Assembly: GCA_005223085.1 (NCBI GenBank)
Contig: NJBP01000002.1
Span: 2,427-66,426, forward strand
Direction of reading: 5' to 3'
Source: Candidatus Aerophobetes bacterium Ae_b3b
GTDB taxonomy: Bacteria > Aerophobota > Aerophobia > Aerophobales > AE-B3A
DNA: 64,000 nt
In this document: positions 39,403 to 49,452 of the stretch, piece by piece
How positions within the stretch are numbered: the stretch's first letter is position 1
Layout of the letters: each line of letters begins with the position of its first letter
Notes under the pieces: generated by a model
What the model was told of the DNA's origin: nothing
Database searches by the model: none
Seen by the model: only the letters and a program-made list of their open reading frames with translations
Program-made: the position numbers and the translations under genes

Positions 39403-39493
39403 GCCATTGCGAGCGCAAGCGAAGCAATCTCAACCTTCATCAGAGATTGCCACGTCGTCCCGAAGACTTTCGGGACTCCTCGCAATGACAGAA
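39403..39493. repeat. MITE-like repeat, family B (gccATTGCGAG...CTCGCAATgac terminal inverted repeats, internal hairpin)
   Basis: Shares terminal and internal segments with the TIRs flanking the GIY-YIG gene (60774-61183) and with 62441-62500. Confidence 0.6.
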
Positions 39494-39676
39494 GGGAACG
39501 TACTTCACTGAATTTTTACGAATAGAGGGAGGGTTTTTCGGAATGCGCAGAAAGGGGAGGGATGAATGGAAATAGTGTTGGGCGAAACCAAGGACTCAGG
39601 CATTTATGGAAAAAAGAGTGAAGTAACCAGACTCAATGGGATGAGAGCGGGTTGAACAAAACGAGGAGGAAGAGGG

Positions 39677-40876
39677 ATGAAAGTCAGTCCGACATATGAG
39701 CGCGATTTGGAAATTCATTTACACGGGCCGGGCCCGAGTGACGTGCCGGGAGAGGTTTTAAGAGCAATCTCGATGACTACCCTGGGCCACTTAGATTCAG
39801 AATTCATCAGAATAATGGACGAGACCCAGGCCATGTTAAGAATGCTGTATCAAACCGAAAATCGAATGACCATTCCCATTTCCGGCACCGGAAGCTCGGG
39901 CATGGAGACCCTGGTAGCTAATCTCATCGAGCCTCAAGATAGAGTAATGGTGGTGAAAAATGGAGTCTTTGGAGGAAGGATTGCCGATGAAGTATCTCGA
40001 TTTGGGGCGGAAGTGGTACCGATCGATCTAGAATGGGGAACTGTGGTTACCCCTGATGAGGTAAGAGAAGCTTTTTCTAGAAAAAGCTGTCAGGCGCTTT
40101 TCCTGGTACACGCAGAGACCTCTACTGGTGCCCATCAACAACATATGAAAGAAATTGGTGAGGTTGTTCACCAAAATGGCGCCCTATTTCTAGTTGATAC
40201 GGTAACATCTTTAGGAGGGACCGAAGTAAAGATAGATGAGTGGGGGATCGACGCTGCCTACAGTGGAACCCAAAAATGCCTTAGTGTGCCCCCAGGGCTT
40301 TCTCCCATTACGTTAAATGAGAGAGCCATGGAAAAGCTCCGGGGAAGAAAGGTAAGAAGCTGGTATTTTGATTTAGGGATGATCGAGAAGTACTGGAATG
40401 AGGGGCATCAAAGAAAATATCATCATACTGCCCCGGTGAATATGATTTATGCCCTCCATGAAGGGCTCAGGTTAGCCCTAGAAGAAGGGTTTGAGGCAAG
40501 ATTCCAACGCCACCGAAGAAACGCTGCCACCCTTCAGGCTGGTCTTGAAACCTTAGGTTTCACCTACATTGTGAGAAAACAGGACCAAAGACTTCCCATG
40601 CTTCATGCGGTCTACCTTCCCGAGGGAGCAGAAGAAGGCAAACTTTGGGGAGAAATAAGATCGAGTTACCATATTGAGATTGGTGGTGGTCTGGGGAAAT
40701 TCAGTGGAAGGGCCTGGAGAATTGGACTGATGGGTCACTCGTCAACAGAAGACAAAGTATATCGGCTTCTCAATGCTATTGGAGAGGTATTCGAAAAATA
40801 TGGTCTTGTAGGTGATCGAGCCGCCGGTGTTCAAGGTGCCAAAGCTATTTACAAGGACGCAAGAAGGCTGAGGTGA
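39677..40876 (+). CDS. class V aminotransferase (alanine-glyoxylate / serine-pyruvate aminotransferase family)
   Basis: SGTGSSGMET, LFLVDTVTSLGG, YSGTQKCLSVPPG (PLP-Lys region). Confidence 0.8.
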   Translation: MKVSPTYERDLEIHLHGPGPSDVPGEVLRAISMTTLGHLDSEFIRIMDETQAMLRMLYQTENRMTIPISGTGSSGMETLVANLIEPQDRVMVVKNGVFGGRIADEVSRFGAEVVPIDLEWGTVVTPDEVREAFSRKSCQALFLVHAETSTGAHQQHMKEIGEVVHQNGALFLVDTVTSLGGTEVKIDEWGIDAAYSGTQKCLSVPPGLSPITLNERAMEKLRGRKVRSWYFDLGMIEKYWNEGHQRKYHHTAPVNMIYALHEGLRLALEEGFEARFQRHRRNAATLQAGLETLGFTYIVRKQDQRLPMLHAVYLPEGAEEGKLWGEIRSSYHIEIGGGLGKFSGRAWRIGLMGHSSTEDKVYRLLNAIGEVFEKYGLVGDRAAGVQGAKAIYKDARRLR

Positions 40877-40906
40877 TATTTTTGTGGTAATATCCGGTTT
40901 CCATCT

Positions 40907-42337
40907 TCAGTCAGGAAGAATTTTTCCCGGATTGAGGATGTTGTTGGGGTCGAAAAGCTGTTTGATGCCCCGGAAGAGTTTCAGTATTTTCGGGCCCACT
41001 GCTTTTTCGAGGTATTTACTCCTCGTGGCACCAACTCCGTGCTCGCCGGTTATCTGCCCACCCAGGGCAAGAGCGATATCAAAAATCTCCCCACTGATTT
41101 TAGGAATGATTTCCTTCCATTTATCTTCAGGATAATCCTCTTTGAGGATATTAACATGAACATTCCCATCACCTGAATGGCCGAAACAGATGATTGGATA
41201 CTCGTATCTTTCCTGCAGTTTCTTTATCTCACGTAGAAAATCGTTTATCCGGGCTCGAGGAACGACGATGTCCTCCATGTGATTGACTGGGCTTCTCTCC
41301 TTCAGTGCCTCAATGATGGCCCGCCTGGCTTCCCATAATTTCTCCTGAGTGGGACGGTCATCGGCAACCAAAACATCAATGGCATCGTGCTCAAAACAGA
41401 CCTCGCCGACAGTCTCACAGAGTGCTTCCACATCTTCTTTCCGATTTCCATCCAGTTTTATGAGGAGAAAGGCGGCCGCTTCACGTAGAGGGAGTTCTTT
41501 CTTAAGGTATTTCTCACAGGCGAGGAGGGAGTCTTGTTCCATAAACTCAATGGAGGTAGGGAGTATCTGTCGTTTGATAATGGCTGAGACCGTGTCCGCT
41601 GCACCTTGAAATTCATTGAAGGCCACCAATAGGTCTATGGTTACCCTGGGAAGGGGAATGAGACGAAGGATTATCTTGGTTATGATGGCTAAGGTACCCT
41701 CGGAGCCGATGAGAAGCCCGATTAAATCATAACCGGTGACGTTTTTGACAAGTTTCCCGCCCAATTGAATTACTTGACCCGAGGGCAGAACCGCCTCCAG
41801 TCCGCAAACGTAGTCTTTGGTCACTCCGTACTTAACGGCCCGCGGTCCACCAGCGCATTCGGCGACGTTGCCGCCGATAGAGCAGGAGTCCAGGCTGGCC
41901 GGATCCGGCGGATAGAAAAGCCCTTCTCTCTCTACGGCTTCATGGATTTTGCTGGTTATAACACCTGGTTCAACCGTTATCATAAGATTCTTCTTATCAA
42001 TTTCCAGAATTCGGTCCATTTTTTCCAGGGAGAGAACTATCCCCCCGCAAACAGGGACTGCCCCACCGGAGAGACCATAGCCAGCGCCGCGCGGAGTTAC
42101 GGGAATTCTTTTCTCATTGGCGAATTTCATGACTTTTGAGATCTGCTGGACCGTTGTCGCCCTGACAACTACCTCCGGTCGGGCCTTCAGGCCAGGGACC
42201 TCATCGTGGGCATACATCTCCAGCAGATCTGGATCAAGCAAAACCCTATCTTTACCAAATAGACCGGTTAGGAATTCCAGGACCTCATGGTCGACTTTTG
42301 CATACATTTCTAAACCCTCCCCTTGTTGAGGGATCAA
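40907..42337 (-). CDS. FAD-linked oxidase (GlcD / D-lactate dehydrogenase family)
   Basis: FAD_binding_4 region (PRGAGYGLSGGAVP) and C-terminal oxidase domain. Confidence 0.8.
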   Translation of the reverse strand: MIPQQGEGLEMYAKVDHEVLEFLTGLFGKDRVLLDPDLLEMYAHDEVPGLKARPEVVVRATTVQQISKVMKFANEKRIPVTPRGAGYGLSGGAVPVCGGIVLSLEKMDRILEIDKKNLMITVEPGVITSKIHEAVEREGLFYPPDPASLDSCSIGGNVAECAGGPRAVKYGVTKDYVCGLEAVLPSGQVIQLGGKLVKNVTGYDLIGLLIGSEGTLAIITKIILRLIPLPRVTIDLLVAFNEFQGAADTVSAIIKRQILPTSIEFMEQDSLLACEKYLKKELPLREAAAFLLIKLDGNRKEDVEALCETVGEVCFEHDAIDVLVADDRPTQEKLWEARRAIIEALKERSPVNHMEDIVVPRARINDFLREIKKLQERYEYPIICFGHSGDGNVHVNILKEDYPEDKWKEIIPKISGEIFDIALALGGQITGEHGVGATRSKYLEKAVGPKILKLFRGIKQLFDPNNILNPGKILPD

Positions 42338-42501
42338 GTTTACCCACTAATGATGCTCAATGCAGAGTTACTTTGAGTCGTTTATCGATAGAAATCTGTT
42401 TTTTTCGATGGATAAGTGTGGCAGTAGAGAAAGCGAGTGTCAAAGAAGGTTAAAAAATTTCTTTTGGCTACAATGATACGGGACACATTCAGGCAAAAGG
42501 T

Positions 42502-42894
42502 CTACTCAATCTTCACTATTACCTGGCGGTGGCGGGGGCCATCGAACTCACAGAAGTAGATGGACTGCCAGGTGCCCAGGACTAATTGGCCTTTCTCCAC
42601 GAATATAGTTTCAGAAGAGCCAACTAAAGATGCCTTTATATGAGCGGGGGAGTTTCCTTCCCGGTGTTGATAATCACCGCTCCAGGGGATGATCTTATCC
42701 AGTTGATTCAGTATATCTCTTCTCACACTGGGGTCAGCTCCTTCATTGATAAGGATCCCGGCCGTGGTATGAGGAACAAATACCTGGCAGGTCCCCTCTT
42801 CTACCCGGGCCTCTTTTACAATATCCTCTACTTGAGAACTGATGTCGATTAACTCTGACCGGGAATGGGTAGAAAGGGAAAATTTTTTTATCAC
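42502..42894 (-). CDS. YjbQ/UPF0047 family protein
   Basis: Strong similarity in pattern to E. coli YjbQ (HTTAGILINE, PAHIKASL, GTWQSIY). Confidence 0.8.
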   Translation of the reverse strand: MIKKFSLSTHSRSELIDISSQVEDIVKEARVEEGTCQVFVPHTTAGILINEGADPSVRRDILNQLDKIIPWSGDYQHREGNSPAHIKASLVGSSETIFVEKGQLVLGTWQSIYFCEFDGPRHRQVIVKIE

Positions 42895-42895
42895 T

Positions 42896-43363
42896 TTAGC
42901 CTCCTTCTTGTTTCATGAGCTTCTCGGGGGTAGTAATCCTTATGCGGGGATAACCGCTAATCAGATTATAGGCATTTATTCTTCTTTCTACCTGGGTTTT
43001 GACCAGATGTGCAAAATCCCAGCTAACAAATATATCCACTTTGTTTATCACTGCCAGTGCTAGATGTAGAGCATCGTTGAAGGCATTTGGGGGGATGATC
43101 TTTTCCTCGACATACCTTCTAGCTAGTTTCTCGGCCAAGGGGGAGACCTCCAGGGGAGGAAAATCACTAATTAAGGAGAGGATGGCCTCTCTTTTATCTT
43201 TAGTCTCCAGGGCCTTTATTTCATCAATGGTTAACCTTGAGATTATCACCCGGCAATGAGGAATCCGAACCTTCCACCACTGACGAGTGATCCTTCGGCG
43301 CTGCGGCTGGGAGGTCTCGCAGCAAGCAGAAGGAATGGAGGGATCAAGATAAACACTCTTCAT
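42896..43363 (-). CDS. PIN-domain (VapC-like) protein, no cognate antitoxin seen
   Basis: YLDPS N-terminal Asp plus the NDALHLALAVINKVDIFVSWDFAHL C-terminal block typical of PIN nucleases. Confidence 0.5.
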   Translation of the reverse strand: MKSVYLDPSIPSACCETSQPQRRRITRQWWKVRIPHCRVIISRLTIDEIKALETKDKREAILSLISDFPPLEVSPLAEKLARRYVEEKIIPPNAFNDALHLALAVINKVDIFVSWDFAHLVKTQVERRINAYNLISGYPRIRITTPEKLMKQEGG

Positions 43364-43366
43364 AGA

Positions 43367-44236
43367 TTAAAGTAGTCCATAGTCAGCCAGAGCCTTCTCC
43401 AGCCTTTCCTCATTCTCCTTTTTCATCCCATCCAGAGGAAGTCTCCACTCTGGCTCGATCATCCCCAGACGGGCCATGGCTGTCTTTACTGGAAGAGGAT
43501 TGGTCTCTATGAACATAGCCCGGGACAGGGGATATGTCTTGTAGTGAAGCTCCTTTGCTTTGCTGATATTTCTCTTTAAGTAAGCTTCCACCATTTGAGA
43601 CATCTCTCCGGGTAAGATATTCGCTAGCACTGATATTACTCCCACTCCACCAAGAGATAGGATGGGCAAAGTATGAGAATCATTTCCGGAAAGGACAGAA
43701 AAGTTAGGGTCGGATAAAGACATAATAGTTGATACCTGGTCCATATTACCACTCGCTTCTTTAATGCCTGCTATGTGGGTGAGCTTGCTTAATTTAGCCA
43801 CCAATGCTGCATCAATATTGACTCCAGTGCGTGAAGGGACATTATAGATAATAATAGGAAGGCCAATGGCCTCTAATTTCCGGTAATGAGCTTCCAGACC
43901 CTTAGGGGTGGGTTTATTGTAATAGGGAGTGATTACCAGGGCAGCATCTGCACCGGCTTCTTTGGCAAATTGAGTTAACTCTTCGGCCTCATGGGTGCTG
44001 TTGGAACCAGTCCCGGCGATTACCGGAACTCGATGATTGACCTCTTTCACAGTTATCTCTACCACTCGTTCGTGTTCATCAAAGGACAAAGTAGGTGACT
44101 CCCCTGTGGTTCCACAAGGAACTATTCCATCCACTCCTTTTTCCAGACAAAACCCGATGAGCTTGCGGAAGCTATCCTCATCTACCTCCCCCCCTTTGAA
44201 AGGGGTAACTATGGCTACATGACATCCTTTGAACAT
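43367..44236 (-). CDS. dapA: 4-hydroxy-tetrahydrodipicolinate synthase
   Basis: GTTGESPTLS motif, Lys region (IAGIKEASGN). Confidence 0.9.
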   Translation of the reverse strand: MFKGCHVAIVTPFKGGEVDEDSFRKLIGFCLEKGVDGIVPCGTTGESPTLSFDEHERVVEITVKEVNHRVPVIAGTGSNSTHEAEELTQFAKEAGADAALVITPYYNKPTPKGLEAHYRKLEAIGLPIIIYNVPSRTGVNIDAALVAKLSKLTHIAGIKEASGNMDQVSTIMSLSDPNFSVLSGNDSHTLPILSLGGVGVISVLANILPGEMSQMVEAYLKRNISKAKELHYKTYPLSRAMFIETNPLPVKTAMARLGMIEPEWRLPLDGMKKENEERLEKALADYGLL

Positions 44237-46398
44237 TGGCTAACCTCCCCTTCCCATTTTCCCTCATATACCACTTCTGCTTTACCTTCCAGGGAAACTT
44301 GAGTAAAATTATGGGTGCCTGATTTTTGAAAATAGACTTTCAGATCTCCCCCGCCGGTTTTTATCTTCACCGGAGAATTAAGGGCGTAGACTAGATTTGC
44401 TGCTAAAGCTGTAGCTACTGCTCCGGTACCACAACTTAGAGTCTCTGCCTCTACCCCTCTTTCGTAGGTTCTCATCCTCACGGTATCATCCTTTATTTCT
44501 GCAAAGTCAACATTGGTGCCCTCTGGCTGAAACTTTCCATGGTATCTTATTCGGGATCCCATTTTGGGAAGATCAATCTTTTCTACCTCCGGGACAAAGA
44601 GAACAAAGTGAGGTACTCCCGTATCCAGAAAATGGCCTGTGTAGGAGCCATCCCCCAGGTTTATCTCTAGGTTTAACTGAGAAATGGAAGGATCTTTCAT
44701 TCTTATGCGGACCCGATTCTTTTTTACCTGGGAGAAAATCTTTCCCGATAAGGTCTCAAAAGAACATTTTTCCCCCACAATTTTCTTAAGGTGGGCAAAT
44801 CTAGCTATGCATCGGGCTCCATTTCCACACATTGCCGGTTCGCTCCCGTCAGGATTGAAAATGCGCATTTTAAAATCAGCTACCCGAGATTTTTCCAGAA
44901 GTAGAACTCCATCTGCTCCAATGCCGATCTTTCTGGGACATATGGTTCTGGAAAATTCGGGTCCATTCTTGATAAACTGGGAGCGGTTATCAATGACGAT
45001 AAAGTCATTGCCACTTCCCTGTAACTTGGTGAAAGGGATGGGACCAGAAAGAGCTTTCTTTTCCCCCAGTGGGCGAGCTGAGCAAGATTTAGAACTCGAG
45101 GGAGAACCTCTAAAGGAGGAGAATAATTCCTCAGGGATGGACTCCTCCTTAATCAGATCTTTATAAGTTTCCCTCTCTCGAATTATCCACCACTGATCCT
45201 TCTTTACCAACACTTCTGCTGGTCTGGGTCGAGCATTGTAAGTAAAGCTCATGCTAAAGCAATAGGCTCCGGTATCCATGATAGCCAGATACTCTCCTTC
45301 CGTGATTTGAGGAAGAGGTCTTTCCCGAGCAAAGAAATCTCCCGACTCACAGACCGGACCTACTACATCTACCACTTCAGGGGAACCCGCCCCATGAGGT
45401 TCTTTTAGTTTTTTTATCTGGTGATAGGCTCCGTAAAGGGATGGTCTAATGAGATCGTTCATCCCCGCATCTACAATGATAAATCTCTTTTTCCCTCTAT
45501 TCTTTTTATAAAGTACCTGAGTGATTAAGACCCCGGCCGGTCCCACCAGGAATCTTCCTGGCTCAAGGATTAATTTTGCCCCGGTTTTCTTGATCAATGG
45601 ATAGATTTTTTCTGCTAGATCCATGATGTTTAAAGGGAGCTTTCCTTCCTCATAGCTAATGCCAAATCCCCCTCCCATATCCACATATTTTAGGTTCAGT
45701 CCCTTTTCTTTAAGCAGTTCAAGAAAATCCAGGATCTTTTCCAGAGCCCTAAGATAAGGCTGAAGGCTGGTTATCTGGGAGCCGAGATGAAAATGAATCC
45801 CTACTGGCTCCAAGAGGGGTGATTTTTTAACCTGGGAGTATAGTTTCTCTGCCTCATCAAAGTCAAGACCGAACTTATTTTCCCTCTTGCCGGTGGTGAT
45901 GTAGCGGTGAGTTTTCGGATCCACGTCGGGATTTATGCGTAAGGATATTTTGGCACTCTGGTTCAATTGGCGGCTGAGCTTTTCTATTAATCTTAACTCT
46001 CCTGGTGACTCCACGTTAAAGATAAAGATGTTCTCTCTTAGGGCGTATTCTATCTCCTCTTTATTTTTTCCGGGTCCCGCAAAAACTATTTTTTGAGGAG
46101 GGAATCCAGCCTGAAGCGCTTTGTATAGCTCTCCTCCCGAGAGAATGTCTGCTCCCGCACCTTCAGTAGCCAGAATTCGGCAAAGGGTAAGATTGGCATT
46201 GGCCTTTACTGAGTAGCAAATTAAGGGGGAGAGTTTGCTGAAGGCGTGGCAGACTTCCCGGTAACCATCGATTAGGCTATTATAGCTGTAAAGATAAAGA
46301 GGGGTCCCTACCTCCTCAGCCACCTGGCCAACTGGTACCTCTTCGCAGAAAAGCTGCCTGGCCTTATAGTGAAAATGGCTTTTTCTATTAGCTGGCAA
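44215..46398 (-). CDS. lysA-dapF: fusion protein: diaminopimelate decarboxylase (N) + diaminopimelate epimerase (C)
   Basis: N-terminal 430 aa has the Orn/DAP decarboxylase fold-III PLP signature (YSVKANANL, GGGFGISY, EPGRF, CESGD). C-terminal 290 aa has DapF motifs (MQGSGNDFIVID, FNPDGSEPAMCGNGARC, GTGAVA). Confidence 0.8.
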   Translation of the reverse strand: MPANRKSHFHYKARQLFCEEVPVGQVAEEVGTPLYLYSYNSLIDGYREVCHAFSKLSPLICYSVKANANLTLCRILATEGAGADILSGGELYKALQAGFPPQKIVFAGPGKNKEEIEYALRENIFIFNVESPGELRLIEKLSRQLNQSAKISLRINPDVDPKTHRYITTGKRENKFGLDFDEAEKLYSQVKKSPLLEPVGIHFHLGSQITSLQPYLRALEKILDFLELLKEKGLNLKYVDMGGGFGISYEEGKLPLNIMDLAEKIYPLIKKTGAKLILEPGRFLVGPAGVLITQVLYKKNRGKKRFIIVDAGMNDLIRPSLYGAYHQIKKLKEPHGAGSPEVVDVVGPVCESGDFFARERPLPQITEGEYLAIMDTGAYCFSMSFTYNARPRPAEVLVKKDQWWIIRERETYKDLIKEESIPEELFSSFRGSPSSSKSCSARPLGEKKALSGPIPFTKLQGSGNDFIVIDNRSQFIKNGPEFSRTICPRKIGIGADGVLLLEKSRVADFKMRIFNPDGSEPAMCGNGARCIARFAHLKKIVGEKCSFETLSGKIFSQVKKNRVRIRMKDPSISQLNLEINLGDGSYTGHFLDTGVPHFVLFVPEVEKIDLPKMGSRIRYHGKFQPEGTNVDFAEIKDDTVRMRTYERGVEAETLSCGTGAVATALAANLVYALNSPVKIKTGGGDLKVYFQKSGTHNFTQVSLEGKAEVVYEGKWEGEVSQCSKDVM

Positions 46399-47779
46399 TG
46401 GGATTTTCTCCTTCCTCCAGTTTCTCCCTGGCCAGTTTTATCTGTCTGGCCAGAGACTTTTTTCCGGTACCCCCGGTTGATTCCTTATTAAAAACAGATT
46501 CTTCCAGCTTTATCCTTTGGAAAACATCGGCCTCAAAAAGAGAAGAAATCTTTTGATAGTCCTTCAAGGCTAGATCCTCAAAACACTTATTTTCCTTTAA
46601 ACAGTGTTTAACCAATTTTCCCACCATTCCGTGAGCTTCTCTGAAAGGAACGCCTTTCTCTACCAGATAATCAGCCAGGTCCGTAGCCGCGAAAAAGCCC
46701 TGTTGGGCCTGTTTTCTCATATTCTCATGGTTTAGCTTTATCTTACCTATCATCCTGGGGTACAGTTTTAAACATCGCTTGATAATCTTCACCGCTTCAA
46801 ACAAAGAAGATTTGTCTTCCTGTAGATCTCGATTATAAGAGAGGGGAAGAGCCTTCATGGTGGTGAGAAGAGAAAAAAGATCCCCATAAACTCTGGCCGT
46901 TTTTGCCCGAGTGAGTTCGGCCACATCAGGATTCTTTTTCTGCGGCATGAGACTGGAGCCGGTGGTAAAGGCATCACTTATTTCAACAAAGGAGAAGGCA
47001 GGAGATGACCAGAGGATGAGATCCTCTGAGAGACGGGAAAGATGCATCATTAAAAGAGCCACACAACATAGAAATTCAATAATATAATCACGGTCACTCA
47101 CGGTGTCCATACTGTTCTTGGTAATGAGGGGAAAATTTAAAAGCCTGGCCACATAGGCTCTATCAATGGGCAAAGACGTTCCCGCCAGAGCCCCTACCCC
47201 CAGGGGAAGGACATTGACTCGGACATAGCAGTCTTTTAGCCGTAGTTTATCCCTTTGTAGCATCCAAAAATATGCCAGAAGGTGGTGAGAGAAAAAAACT
47301 GGCTGGGCATATTGTAGGTGCGTATAGCCGGGTAGGATAACCTGCCTGTTTTTTTCGGCAAATTCAAGGATCACCCTTTGGAAATTAGATATAAGATGGA
47401 GGATTTCACTTATTTCCTCTCTCAAGAAAAGTCTTTCATCCAGGGCTATCTGGTCATTTCTGGATCTTGCCGTGTGAAGTTTTTTGCCAGCCTCCCCGGC
47501 TCTTCTTATTACCTCCTCCTCTATAGCCATATGAATGTCTTCTTTTCCAGTGAAGTCAAGCTTTCCCTTATCTAAGTCTTTTTTTATCTCTTCCAGGGCC
47601 AGGATGATCTTTTGAGCCTCCTTTTCCTCGATGATTCCCACCTTGGAGAGCATTTTGACATGAGCAATGCTCCCGATTATATCGTGGGGGTAGAGTTTTC
47701 TATCTACGTCAATAGAGGAGGTGAAGTCCTTCACTAACTCATCGGTCTCCTCACTGAATCTTTCGGCCCAGAGGCTCAT
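46388..47779 (-). CDS. argH: argininosuccinate lyase
   Basis: Fumarate-lyase signature GSSLMPQKKNPD and ArgH-like N-terminus. Confidence 0.9.
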   Translation of the reverse strand: MSLWAERFSEETDELVKDFTSSIDVDRKLYPHDIIGSIAHVKMLSKVGIIEEKEAQKIILALEEIKKDLDKGKLDFTGKEDIHMAIEEEVIRRAGEAGKKLHTARSRNDQIALDERLFLREEISEILHLISNFQRVILEFAEKNRQVILPGYTHLQYAQPVFFSHHLLAYFWMLQRDKLRLKDCYVRVNVLPLGVGALAGTSLPIDRAYVARLLNFPLITKNSMDTVSDRDYIIEFLCCVALLMMHLSRLSEDLILWSSPAFSFVEISDAFTTGSSLMPQKKNPDVAELTRAKTARVYGDLFSLLTTMKALPLSYNRDLQEDKSSLFEAVKIIKRCLKLYPRMIGKIKLNHENMRKQAQQGFFAATDLADYLVEKGVPFREAHGMVGKLVKHCLKENKCFEDLALKDYQKISSLFEADVFQRIKLEESVFNKESTGGTGKKSLARQIKLAREKLEEGENPIAS

Positions 47780-47795
47780 AAAAATATTCCCTTAT

Positions 47796-48017
47796 TTATC
47801 TATGGCAAGGTGCACAGCTTGGTGCTCGGCAGGTAGAACAGCTACTCGTTCCACCTAGTGTGCCTTCTTTGGTTCTCCCGCTGATGAATCGAGGAAGAAG
47901 TTTTTTCAGTTGGGAGCTACCGCATTTTGCGCATTTAAGTTCATTTTCCTTACCCAGATTTACCAAGCGGGTAAACTCTTCCCCGCAACTGCCACATTTG
48001 TATCGATATAAAGGCAT
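47796..48017 (-). CDS. FmdB-family zinc-ribbon protein
   Basis: YRYKCGSCGEEF...CAKCGS CxxC-x-CxxC, 73 aa. Confidence 0.7.
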   Translation of the reverse strand: MPLYRYKCGSCGEEFTRLVNLGKENELKCAKCGSSQLKKLLPRFISGRTKEGTLGGTSSCSTCRAPSCAPCHR

Positions 48018-48167
48018 CTTAACCTACCTCTTCGGGCTTTCCCTCTCTATTAGCGCAATCTGGTGCTTAAGTTTAGTATAATTCGGTGGAGCTGTCAAAT
48101 TGACTCTCTTAGAAAAATTGCTTATTATGGTTTAGTGAGCTTATTGGAAACCAAAGTTTTTGAATGA

Positions 48168-49451
48168 TTGAAAAAAATGAGGAAAAGATTAACTTTAAGG
48201 TATAAAGACAAGGAGATTGAGGTAAAAATTCCCCTGGGGAATCTTATGTATGTTATAAAGCCAGAGGATCTTCCTGGACTAGAGAATGAGCAAAAATCTA
48301 TTAAGCACTCGCTAGAGAATCCCATAGGCTCAGCTCCTCTATCTCAACAAGTGAAAAAAGGAATGAAGGTGGTTATCATGGCAGATGATATTACTCGACC
48401 CACACCCCGAGAGAGGATTCTTCCGGCCCTCCTGGATGGATTAAATGAATCTGGCATACTTGATAGAGATATCACGGTGTTGATTGCTCTGGGAACTCAT
48501 CGTTATATGAGCAAAGAGGAGATAGAGCACTGTTTTGGGAAAAGGCTTACGGAAAGAGTAACCATCTTAAACCATGAGTGGAAGGCTAAAGCTAATCTTG
48601 TCTACCTGGGCTCAACTCCCAGGGGGATACCCGTCTCCATTAATAAGATCGCCCATGAGGCTGATTATTTAATTGGGGTAGGCAGTATTGTTCCTCATTC
48701 TCTTGCTGGTTATGGAGGAGGCGCTAAGATAGTCCAGCCTGGAATTTGTTCTTGGGAGACCACTGGGAAAACGCATCTTCTGGCGGTAGAAAGGAATGAC
48801 TTTCTTGAAGTTGCAGGAAATCCGGAAAATGAGGCCAGGTTGGAGATGGAGGAGGTGGCAAGAATTGCTGGATTAAATTTCATTGTTAATGTGGTACTCA
48901 ATGGCAAAGGAAGAATAGTCAAGGTAGTTTCCGGTGACCCAGTGAAGGCCCACAGAGAGGGAGTAAAAGTAGCCAGGAAAGTTTATGAGCAAAAAATACC
49001 CGAGTTAGCTGATGTGATTATAGCAAGTGCCTATCCAGCCAATATAGACTATTGGCAGGGTGCCAAGGCCCTCTCTTATGCCCAACACGGCCTTAGAGAA
49101 AAGGGCACGGTTATCCTTCTAGCTTCCTTCCCTGATGGCATCTCTCCCACGCACTCTGAGTTTGAAAAATACGGAGATAGGCCATATGAGGAGATAAAGC
49201 GGCTAATTAAAGAAAATAAGATTCAGGATCTCGTCTGTGCCTCTATTTTAGTTTGTCATGCGCTGGTTAGAGATCGCTGTGAAGTTATCTGCGTTTCGGA
49301 GGGACTGTCTATAGAACAAAAGGAAAGGCTTGGCTTCAGGCACGCCGATAGCCTGGATGAGGCATGGGAAATGGTCTTATCAAAGTATGGAAAAGGGGTG
49401 AAGATAGGGCTTATAGACCATGGAGGTGATATGCTGCCCAGACCTGGTTAA
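48168..49451 (+). CDS. lactate racemase (LarA)-like nickel-pincer enzyme family protein
   Basis: LarA_N hallmark DITRPTP, ALGTHR, GVGSIVPHSLAGYGGGAK. Confidence 0.65.
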   Translation: MKKMRKRLTLRYKDKEIEVKIPLGNLMYVIKPEDLPGLENEQKSIKHSLENPIGSAPLSQQVKKGMKVVIMADDITRPTPRERILPALLDGLNESGILDRDITVLIALGTHRYMSKEEIEHCFGKRLTERVTILNHEWKAKANLVYLGSTPRGIPVSINKIAHEADYLIGVGSIVPHSLAGYGGGAKIVQPGICSWETTGKTHLLAVERNDFLEVAGNPENEARLEMEEVARIAGLNFIVNVVLNGKGRIVKVVSGDPVKAHREGVKVARKVYEQKIPELADVIIASAYPANIDYWQGAKALSYAQHGLREKGTVILLASFPDGISPTHSEFEKYGDRPYEEIKRLIKENKIQDLVCASILVCHALVRDRCEVICVSEGLSIEQKERLGFRHADSLDEAWEMVLSKYGKGVKIGLIDHGGDMLPRPG

Positions 49452-49452
49452 G

